From positions 100,437 to 164,436 of the forward strand of contig JAFGWL010000056.1 in assembly GCA_016937175.1 (NCBI GenBank): DNA of 64,000 bases. Reading direction: 5' to 3'. A program made the translations under genes and the position numbers. This stretch comes from Candidatus Mcinerneyibacteriota bacterium (GTDB lineage Bacteria; Macinerneyibacteriota; Macinerneyibacteria; Macinerneyibacteriales; DSCS01). The notes below the pieces were generated by a model. The model was given only the letters and a program-made list of their open reading frames with translations. It was not told the DNA's origin and made no database searches. Within the stretch, counting starts at the first letter, position 1. Every line of letters starts with the position of its first letter. Of this stretch, positions 10,311-17,170 are shown piece after piece.

Positions 10311-11236
10311 AATCTCTCCGCCACCCTCATCCGGGCACTCCGGCTTCTGGGATTCTCCTCTTTTTCCTGGGCTTCCGGGATGATGACCTTTTTATGGACA
10401 GCCTTGAGGGAGGCTTTATGCCCGCAGACACAGACCGGGACATTTTTCGGGCAGAGACAGTCCCGGCTTTCTGTCCTTATAAAATTCTTTACGATCCTAT
10501 CCTCCAGCGAATGGTAAGAGATCACAACCAGTCGCCCTCCCGGCCTCAACCGTGCCACAGCTTCTTCCAGTCCCCTCTCCAGACGCTCCAGCTCCCTGTT
10601 TACATAGATCCGTATCCCCTGAAAAGTGCGCGTCGCAGGGTCCAGGGACATGGCTCTGCGTTCGGCTGCCGGGAAACAGGAGCGGACGATCTCTGCCAGT
10701 TCTACTGTGGTTTCGACAGGTCTGTGAGCACAGATCATCTTTGCAATCCTGCGCGAACGGCGCTCTTCCCCATAGCGGAAAAGGATATCAGCCAGCTCCC
10801 TTTCAGAAAAACGGTTGACGACCTGCCATGCCGTTTCGGACGAGGAGCGGTCCATCCGCATGTCGAGGGCGGCTGGTTTGGAAAATGAAAATCCACGCAC
10901 CCCTTCATCCAGCTGATGCGAGGAGACACCGAGATCCATGAGGATCCCGTCGAAAGGAGCCAACGGGTCCACCTTTTCCCACAGAGGGGATTCTCCGAAA
11001 TTGCCGTAATAGGCATGAAAAGAAGAGTAAGAAGATAAACGGTTTTTCGAAAATTCCAGAGCCTCTTCATCCTGGTCCGCTCCGGCCAGAAGGCCCGAAT
11101 CGGGATCAAGTCTTTTTAAGATGGCTTCGGCATGGCCGCCTCCGCCGAGGGTCAGGTCCAGATAGCATCCCCGGGGCCGGATGTTCAGGCCTTCGAGGAC
11201 TTCTTTGAGAAGGACCGGTTCATGATAAGAGGCCAT
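10307..11236 (-). CDS. rsmH: 16S rRNA (cytosine1402-N4)-methyltransferase
   Basis: HEPVLLKEV start, SAM motif DLTLGGGGH and DLGVSSHQLD. The ATG at 11236 (MASYHEPVLL) is preferred over the GTG at 11248. Confidence 0.92.
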   Translation of the reverse strand: MASYHEPVLLKEVLEGLNIRPRGCYLDLTLGGGGHAEAILKRLDPDSGLLAGADQDEEALEFSKNRLSSYSSFHAYYGNFGESPLWEKVDPLAPFDGILMDLGVSSHQLDEGVRGFSFSKPAALDMRMDRSSSETAWQVVNRFSERELADILFRYGEERRSRRIAKMICAHRPVETTVELAEIVRSCFPAAERRAMSLDPATRTFQGIRIYVNRELERLERGLEEAVARLRPGGRLVVISYHSLEDRIVKNFIRTESRDCLCPKNVPVCVCGHKASLKAVHKKVIIPEAQEKEENPRSRSARMRVAERL

Positions 11237-11240
11237 TGGA

Positions 11241-11684
11241 TCAATCACTTTCCCGACGGGCCATATAATCCAGGAACTGACCGCTCAATTCCTCGACCTC
11301 CTCTACCTCCTTACCGAAGCGTTCCGGAGCCCACAATTCCACATAATCACCGACTCCGATTATTTCGACATCCTTGTTGATACCGGAAAAATCCAATAGA
11401 GATTTCGGCAGTAAAACTCTCCCCTGGCTGTCGATCTTCACTTCGGCGGCAGAAGAAAACTTGACCCGCATGTATTGTCTGTACTTGTAGTCATGTAGCG
11501 CTTTTTTACGGATGGGGCCAACATACTCTTGCCACGTTTCCCAGGGATATAGGGTAATATGCCGGGCTTCACCGTCTCCCTTAGCCAGGACGACAGTATC
11601 AGCTGTGATCTTTTGACGAAAATTCGACGGTAGCTTCAGGCGCTGTTTATCGTCAATGGCATGTGTATAGCTCCCGATAAACAT
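11241..11684 (-). CDS. mraZ: Transcriptional regulator MraZ
   Basis: MFIGSYTHAIDDKQRLKLP plus a second DxxGR repeat (KIDSQGRVLLP). First gene of the dcw cluster. Confidence 0.93.
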   Translation of the reverse strand: MFIGSYTHAIDDKQRLKLPSNFRQKITADTVVLAKGDGEARHITLYPWETWQEYVGPIRKKALHDYKYRQYMRVKFSSAAEVKIDSQGRVLLPKSLLDFSGINKDVEIIGVGDYVELWAPERFGKEVEEVEELSGQFLDYMARRESD

Positions 11685-11699
11685 AAACCCTCCATTTCA

Positions 11700-11750
11700 T
11701 CCCACTTCGTTCCACATCTATATATTATCACCCCACTATGGTAATGTCAA
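11700..11750 (-). promoter_or_regulatory. mraZ/dcw promoter (TTGACA-N17-TAATAT) interleaved with three GTGGG-type MraZ boxes
   Basis: On the minus strand: -35 TTGACA (11750-11745), 17-nt spacer, -10 TAATAT (11727-11722). GTGGGG sits at 11736-11731 inside the spacer. GTGGAA (11715-11710) and GTGGGA (11705-11700) lie downstream. Box starts are 21 and 10 nt apart. Confidence 0.55.
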
Positions 11751-11906
11751 GGTACACAACGATTTTTTTTCGTTTTTTTCAGGGATTTTTAAAAAAGTGA
11801 TTATCCCGGGAACTCCCGGCCCAAAAGGTTGTTTTTTAAGAAGAAAGCAGCATAACCGCGACAGACATCATGAACAGCGCAACCGAACCTCCTTCACACC
11901 CTCAGC

Positions 11907-11943
11907 AACAGGAACGGGGCACCTCAGGTGCCCCGTTCCTGTT
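11907..11943. terminator. 17-bp perfect hairpin 8 nt after the lipoprotein stop codon (terminator/insulator)
   Basis: AACAGGAACGGGGCACC-tca-GGTGCCCCGTTCCTGTT. The T-tract (TTTTATCTCTTTT) lies on the plus-strand side. On the minus strand the hairpin is followed by GCTGAGGG. Confidence 0.55.
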
Positions 11944-11953
11944 TTATCTCTTT

Positions 11954-13000
11954 TCATGGAAGCGTATAGACAAGGATCCATTTGTCTCCGCCGGGAGACG
12001 TTTCTTTTGTGGCTCCCAGAGCCTGAGACAATTCTCCCTTATCATCGATGGCCAGGAGGACCAGCTTTCCTTCTGTGACCCCTACAGCACTCAGCATTCC
12101 TTCAAACCGGGAGACAGGCCCTTTTATGGTATAGAGATGCCTGCCGCCCTCTTTATCAAAGACAGCTACAGCACATTCACTTTTCATCTTCCCTGTCCTC
12201 TGGGCTTTTTCAAGGTCCGCGGGAAAGGGTAGGTAGAGATGCGATCTGTCTGCTGCTATCCCGAAGGTGATAAGGGAACCCGGTAGATCGGCGTAGACCT
12301 TCTCCTCATTCCAGTGATCATCCAGCCGGGATAGCCTGAGAGACTTCCGGGAGACGAGTGAGAAAAGGACTCCTTCAGAGACCAGGGGAATCGTCAGCCG
12401 TGTCCCCCGGGTCTCCAACTCCTCCATTCCCCGGTAGATATCTTCATATTCTCTTTTCCGCAGGGTCTTAACTGCTCCGTTTTCAACCCGCCCTTCTCCG
12501 TATTGGACGCTGAGCAGCCCGCTATAGAGAAAGGTCTCCCCGGTCTGCTGATGAAAGAAGGGGATCCCCTGATCGGGATCCATCATCACATCTTCCATAA
12601 AATCTCCCTCGGGGGAGTAGAGGGAGAACTTGAGAAGCTGTATATCGTAGATCATATAATATTTCTCACTCAGAGTCGTCTGCATGGGAGCCAGGACCTC
12701 CCCGGGGCCTTTCCCCTTGGGAATGACGAAAGAGGAGATCTCTTCTCCCCCGAGCCCTGTCAGAACCAGGGCCATCTCTTCTCCCCGGTCCCGTATCGAA
12801 TAGATCGTGCCGTTTCCGACGCCCATATTGAACATAGGATTATTATTGATAAGGTCGTCGATCTTCCAGGCTGCATCCAGGGTGAGTTCCTTTTCTCCCT
12901 CAAGCGGATGAGACAGGTCGGATAAGGGCTTCCGGGCACAGCCTGTGACAAACAGGACAATCAGAATGAGTATAACGGACACCACTTTACTTCTTTTCAT
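11954..13000 (-). CDS. Lipoprotein, possibly of the 6-bladed beta-propeller (GxGPGE) type
   Basis: Lipobox LFVTGC after a basic N-terminus, and a GKGPGE motif as in BF3164-type propeller lipoproteins. Last gene of the ABC/GntR operon, overlapping the regulator gene by 14 nt. The family assignment is tentative. Confidence 0.65.
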   Translation of the reverse strand: MKRSKVVSVILILIVLFVTGCARKPLSDLSHPLEGEKELTLDAAWKIDDLINNNPMFNMGVGNGTIYSIRDRGEEMALVLTGLGGEEISSFVIPKGKGPGEVLAPMQTTLSEKYYMIYDIQLLKFSLYSPEGDFMEDVMMDPDQGIPFFHQQTGETFLYSGLLSVQYGEGRVENGAVKTLRKREYEDIYRGMEELETRGTRLTIPLVSEGVLFSLVSRKSLRLSRLDDHWNEEKVYADLPGSLITFGIAADRSHLYLPFPADLEKAQRTGKMKSECAVAVFDKEGGRHLYTIKGPVSRFEGMLSAVGVTEGKLVLLAIDDKGELSQALGATKETSPGGDKWILVYTLP

Positions 13001-13355
13001 CGTTCCATATCCTTTCCATAGCCGTGTACAGGGCTTTTTGAGTAAACCCGAGGAGACGGGCGCGTTTGATAAAATTTCTCATTTCCCGCTCTTGAAAATC
13101 TCTTTTCAATTCATCGGCAAGCCTTTCGGCAGCTCTGGTGGCTACCCTGTTCCCCACGCCCCGCTCCATTTCCAAGACGCCCTCTTTCTGAAGATCGCGG
13201 AGGGTATGCAGAACAGTATTAGGATTCACACCAAGGTCAGTACTCAGGACCCGTACACTGGGAATATGATCGCCCTCTTTCCACCTTCCCGAGATGATCT
13301 CGGTGACAATCATATCTCTGATCTGCTGATAGATAGGTTTATCATGGGCAAACAT
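12987..13355 (-). CDS. GntR-family transcriptional regulator, short YtrA-like subfamily
   Basis: 122 aa. Winged-HTH segment PIYQQIRDMIVTEIISGRWKEGDHIPSVRVLSTDLGVNPNTVLHTLRDLQKEGVL with only a short C-terminal helix pair. Confidence 0.88.
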   Translation of the reverse strand: MFAHDKPIYQQIRDMIVTEIISGRWKEGDHIPSVRVLSTDLGVNPNTVLHTLRDLQKEGVLEMERGVGNRVATRAAERLADELKRDFQEREMRNFIKRARLLGFTQKALYTAMERIWNDEKK

Positions 13356-13356
13356 C

Positions 13357-14067
13357 TCAATCCTCCCGGTAAGCCAGCCTGGAGAGGGCCAGCCAGGCCA
13401 GTCCGTAAAAGAGTCCGCCCTGGAAAAGGAAATGGAGAAGGATCAGAAGCCCGCCTTCCGCACCGGGAACTATCCAGGAGGCGATACCCCACAAGAGACG
13501 TCCCATGAAGAGGGCAAAGGCCACCATCCCTGCAAAGATGAGCAGGTTTGCGATACCTTGATGTTGCCTGATAAGGGCGAAGAAGAAAGAAAAGAGGGAA
13601 AACGCGGCCATAGAAGCCAGGATAGCCAGAAGGATCACAGGGTCGAACTCGCCTCCCCCTGTAAAGGTCACCTCTTCACCCCGGGCTGCAGACGAGAGAA
13701 ACATCAGAGCCAGCCAGATCACAATATTCATGAGCATCCAGAGGAGTCCGTAAAGGGTAGTCCCCACAACTTTGGATTGCTTCGAAGCCGGAAAGAGGAT
13801 AAAGGCCCTGCGGCTTCCCACCGCCCGGATGACGTGAGCGATGACTCCGAAGGTCATGTTGACCGTGAAAGCCAGGCCCGCTCCGATCAGAAAAAGATTC
13901 CCCTCTGCGATAAAGCGGACCACTCCTCCCCCTCTCTGTGCAAAGGGGGCTGCCAGAAGAGTGATGATATAGAGCAGGATGTAGACACAGGGGCCTGAGA
14001 TGAGAAGTGACCGCCATCTTGTCTTCAGCTGATAGTCTAAAACAGATAAAAAGTTATTTCTTTTCAT
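13357..14067 (-). CDS. Six-TM membrane protein, presumed permease partner of the ABC ATPase
   Basis: About six hydrophobic helices. Overlaps the ATPase gene end by 14 nt. No recognisable named family by eye. Confidence 0.7.
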   Translation of the reverse strand: MKRNNFLSVLDYQLKTRWRSLLISGPCVYILLYIITLLAAPFAQRGGGVVRFIAEGNLFLIGAGLAFTVNMTFGVIAHVIRAVGSRRAFILFPASKQSKVVGTTLYGLLWMLMNIVIWLALMFLSSAARGEEVTFTGGGEFDPVILLAILASMAAFSLFSFFFALIRQHQGIANLLIFAGMVAFALFMGRLLWGIASWIVPGAEGGLLILLHFLFQGGLFYGLAWLALSRLAYRED

Positions 14068-14896
14068 GGTCAGACTCCTTTCCTTCCATGGTCACAGCTT
14101 CCAGAAACGTAACCAGGTCAGCAGGCCTTACGGCGTTTCCGTGCTGTTCAGGGTGGCGGATAAGGACATATTCCGTCCCCAGGATCGTCTTTCTTTGTAG
14201 AAGATCGCTTTCAGGCCCTTTGAAGTCCGATGCCTCCATCCATCCTGTAAGGCTGAGAGCTTCGTCCAGAGGCCCGGAATAGCAGATCCGCCCCTTCTCC
14301 ATGACAAGGATATCATCCAGAAGAGACTGACACTCTTCCATGTGATGAGAAGCCAGCAGCACGATCCGCTCAGGGTCATGATGCGCTACCATCTCCCGGA
14401 CAAGCTCTCTCTGTGCAGGCATGTCCATGCCGTCATTCACTTCATCCATGAGAAAAAGACGGGCCCGGACAGCAAGGCCGAAATAGAAGTAGACTCTTTT
14501 GAGCCATCCGTGTGAGAGGCTTTTCAGGGACATGTCCCCTTCAAGGCCGTTTTTTTTAAGAAGGGTATCAAAGATCTCCCTCTCCCATCGGGGGTAGAGG
14601 GGGCCGAGCCGGAAAAAAGCGCTGATCTTCAGGTCAGAGCGAACGGGGGATTCCGGAATGTAGTAGAGAGCCTCCAGATAGTCTCTGCTCCTTTTTCTGC
14701 TCTCCATCCCATCAAACCGGATCGCCCCCCGGTATCCTGTCAACAGTCCGGATATGAGGTTCAGAAGCGTGGTCTTCCCGCTTCCGTTCCGTCCGATTAT
14801 CCCATAGGTCCTGCCCGGCTCAAAAGAAAGCGATTCGTTCTGAATCAAAGCTCTGCCGGGGCTGTAGCCGAAAGACACCTTGTCGAGTGATAACAT
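14054..14896 (-). CDS. ABC transporter ATP-binding protein
   Basis: Walker A GRNGSGKTT, atypical signature LSHGW, Walker B LFLMDE, H-loop ASHH. An AGGAGG SD precedes the ATG. Confidence 0.9.
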   Translation of the reverse strand: MLSLDKVSFGYSPGRALIQNESLSFEPGRTYGIIGRNGSGKTTLLNLISGLLTGYRGAIRFDGMESRKRSRDYLEALYYIPESPVRSDLKISAFFRLGPLYPRWEREIFDTLLKKNGLEGDMSLKSLSHGWLKRVYFYFGLAVRARLFLMDEVNDGMDMPAQRELVREMVAHHDPERIVLLASHHMEECQSLLDDILVMEKGRICYSGPLDEALSLTGWMEASDFKGPESDLLQRKTILGTEYVLIRHPEQHGNAVRPADLVTFLEAVTMEGKESDHEKK

Positions 14897-14911
14897 AGTA
14901 CCTCCTTGTTA

Positions 14912-14937
14912 TACTGTTTTAGTTAACTATAACAGTA
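14912..14937 (-). promoter_or_regulatory. Palindromic operator candidate (TACTGTT-N12-AACAGTA) overlapping a putative -10 of the ABC/GntR operon
   Basis: Seven-bp inverted arms centred on GTTAAC, 16 nt upstream of the ATPase start. On the minus strand TTGTTT-N17-TATAGT fits a sigma-70 promoter whose -10 lies inside the palindrome. Confidence 0.4.
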
Positions 14938-14961
14938 GACACAAAAAAAAACAAGAAAGTT

Positions 14962-16083
14962 TCACTCAGAAATAATAGAATCATCCTCCTGACGCAAAAG
15001 GTCCACGAAAGTGTCGATGACATTTTTGACAGAAAGAAGGGGATAGCCGAAGCGCTTCCCCATCAGGCGCTCCTTTCCCGCAAGGCCCTGATAGTAGTTC
15101 TTTAAAAAGAGGATCATGCTTTTCGCCGAATCCACATGGCGGCATTGCTCCATCATAAGCTCCAGGAGACGGCAGAAGGCCGGAATAGCTTCGCTTCCCG
15201 CTGCTACTAGGAGACGGAGGCTTCCGTTCTGGCCCTGCGAGACTTCATCAGCAAGGCCCGAGGCGGAAATACAACTTTTCATATCTTTTATACAGTCGGA
15301 AACCGTTATATTGAAAGTCGTCTGAGCCTCCTGTAAAAAGGTGTTCACGGCGAAAACCATGAAGTCTCCGTCGTTTTCGGGTTCTTTTGCTGCATCGCGG
15401 TTTCCGGTATCTATCTGAAAGCCGCGGAGTTTGTCCAGGATGCCGCTGTCTTCCGAAGAGGCTCCGATCTTTCCCAGAGAATGGGGCCTGGATTCTATCT
15501 CTTCGACTCCTCTTTTTTTCTCCTTCTTTTCCGACAAGGCTGAAAAGAGGCCGCTGGACTTGACCATCTCCTCCTCCCCTCTCTCTGTAAGGCTTGAGGG
15601 TGGGGAAGCGGGTGGTCTTTTCTGTTCTGTGAAGGTGGTTTCGATGAGATCGTCATGTGAAGGCTCTGCGGCTGGGGCCGGTTCTTCTTCCTGGAAAAGG
15701 GGAAAATCGAAATCCCCTGTTTCAGAAAGCTTTGCAGCAGGGGCCTGTCCCTGAGAAAAACTCTCATCCCGCGAGCGTTCATCACTGAGACGGGCCGCTT
15801 CCAGGATGATCCCCTGCCAGTTCTGATCGATGGATGTCTGGGGGGGAAGCAGATTGAGGTCAAAGATGAACTCCCCCTCTTCCCAGTCAAACATCGTGTA
15901 GATGGCCTGCTCTCCCTTGATATTCCCCGTCCTGGCATGGACGATGTTACTCTTCTCAAAAAAGATCTCCCCGATGATCCCGTTTCTCCGGGTAATCCTC
16001 AGGCAGCCGATATATTGTCCCAGGCCGAGGAACTGAAAGATATCTTCGAGCCTGAAATCCTTTAAATTTCCGTTCAACGCCAT
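14962..16083 (-). CDS. DUF4388 (PATAN-associated) domain protein
   Basis: N-terminus MALNGNLKDFRLEDIFQFLGLGQYIGCLRI...GEIFFEKSNIVHA...GEQAIYTMFDWEEGEFIF matches the DUF4388 pattern. It is followed by an acidic low-complexity linker and an unassigned C-terminal domain. Confidence 0.8.
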   Translation of the reverse strand: MALNGNLKDFRLEDIFQFLGLGQYIGCLRITRRNGIIGEIFFEKSNIVHARTGNIKGEQAIYTMFDWEEGEFIFDLNLLPPQTSIDQNWQGIILEAARLSDERSRDESFSQGQAPAAKLSETGDFDFPLFQEEEPAPAAEPSHDDLIETTFTEQKRPPASPPSSLTERGEEEMVKSSGLFSALSEKKEKKRGVEEIESRPHSLGKIGASSEDSGILDKLRGFQIDTGNRDAAKEPENDGDFMVFAVNTFLQEAQTTFNITVSDCIKDMKSCISASGLADEVSQGQNGSLRLLVAAGSEAIPAFCRLLELMMEQCRHVDSAKSMILFLKNYYQGLAGKERLMGKRFGYPLLSVKNVIDTFVDLLRQEDDSIISE

Positions 16084-16203
16084 CTATTTCTCCTTATTTT
16101 TTAGCATATCATAGTTTCAGCGACATTCAAGTTTCATTGTGAAATGAATCGATAAACCTATTGATAAATCTCCTGTTCGGAATTAAACTAAAGAAGGTGG
16201 GTT

Positions 16204-17067
16204 ATGAAAAAGAAAATGCTGAAACAAAAGTTGATCGATATCCATAAACTGGCGCGTCAGAATATTCCCGAAATATACAGCGCTCTTCCGGGAAAGATCC
16301 GGGATATAGTCTTCCGTTTTCTCGAGCGCTTCCTCAGGATCCGGGATATCAACGATGTGATGAACAAATTCCGACACTTCCAGGATATCGACTTCATTGA
16401 AGCTTTTTTTTCCGATATCGATTTCAAAGTAACAGTCAAAAAACGAGAGCTGTTGAATATCCCGCCCCGCGGAGCCTTCGTGGGAATAGCCAACCATCCC
16501 CTGGGCGGGCTCGACGGCCTGGCCCTTCTTAAAGTGATCCATGAGGTCCGGGATGATGTCAAGATCATCGTCAATGATATCCTCATGAATGTGGATAATC
16601 TCAAGGGAGTTTTTGTCCCCTACAGCCGGAAGAGAAAAAGCATCCCTGTCTCTACTGTCAGAGAAGTCTCCGAAACCCTGAGAAACGACGGGTGCGTCCT
16701 CTTTTTCCCCGCCGGGGGAGTCTCCCGTATCCGTCCTGACGGCCTCAGGGATCCCAAATGGATGGCCGGGGCTTTCTACTTCGCCAAAAGATTCCGCTGT
16801 CCCATCGTCCCCATGTTCGTCCATGCCAAAAACTCCTTTTTTTATTATATCTTCACCCTGATCCATCGGAAATTGGCCGCCCTGATGCTTCCCCGGGAGA
16901 TCTTCAAGAAGAAATCCTCATCCATCTCCATCACCATAGGCCAGATCATTCCCGCAGATCTTTTCAGAAACATCCCCGAATCGACACTGGCAAAAGCCCT
17001 GAAAAAAGCTGTCTATGCCCTGGGGCGGGGAAAGCAAGCCGATATCCGCGCTCTTCTTCAGGGGTAA
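16204..17067 (+). CDS. PlsC-family (lysophospholipid-type) acyltransferase
   Basis: HX4D-type motif NHPLGGLDG and later FFPAGGVSR, as in glycerolipid/aminolipid O-acyltransferases. SD GAAGGTGG. The substrate is unknown. Confidence 0.65.
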   Translation: MKKKMLKQKLIDIHKLARQNIPEIYSALPGKIRDIVFRFLERFLRIRDINDVMNKFRHFQDIDFIEAFFSDIDFKVTVKKRELLNIPPRGAFVGIANHPLGGLDGLALLKVIHEVRDDVKIIVNDILMNVDNLKGVFVPYSRKRKSIPVSTVREVSETLRNDGCVLFFPAGGVSRIRPDGLRDPKWMAGAFYFAKRFRCPIVPMFVHAKNSFFYYIFTLIHRKLAALMLPREIFKKKSSSISITIGQIIPADLFRNIPESTLAKALKKAVYALGRGKQADIRALLQG

Positions 17068-17111
17068 ACTCCCTTCCCGGCCTGCAGAAAACTCTTTTTT
17101 CCCTTATTTTC

Positions 17112-17139
17112 TTGAATTTTTATACAGAATGTCTATAAT
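17112..17139 (+). promoter_or_regulatory. Sigma-70-type promoter TTGAAT-N16-TATAAT
   Basis: -35 at 17112-17117 and -10 at 17134-17139. A second TATAAT sits at 17144-17149. Lies 30 nt upstream of the 17171 start. Confidence 0.45.
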
Positions 17140-17170
17140 CGTATATAATCTGCTTTTATAAGGGGGGAAG

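Noticed and set aside
11797-12232. Plus-strand ORFs of 93 and 120 codons starting in the mraZ upstream gap.
   Set aside because: They run through the 17-bp hairpin and then antisense into the lipoprotein gene. No SD or family signal is visible.
16128-16160. A Rex-like half-site, TTGTGAAAT, in the DUF4388/acyltransferase intergenic region.
   Set aside because: Only one half of the TTGTGAA-N4-TTCACAA palindrome is present. Only a 5-bp TTTCA/TGAAA mini-palindrome is visible, and the flanking genes are not redox genes.
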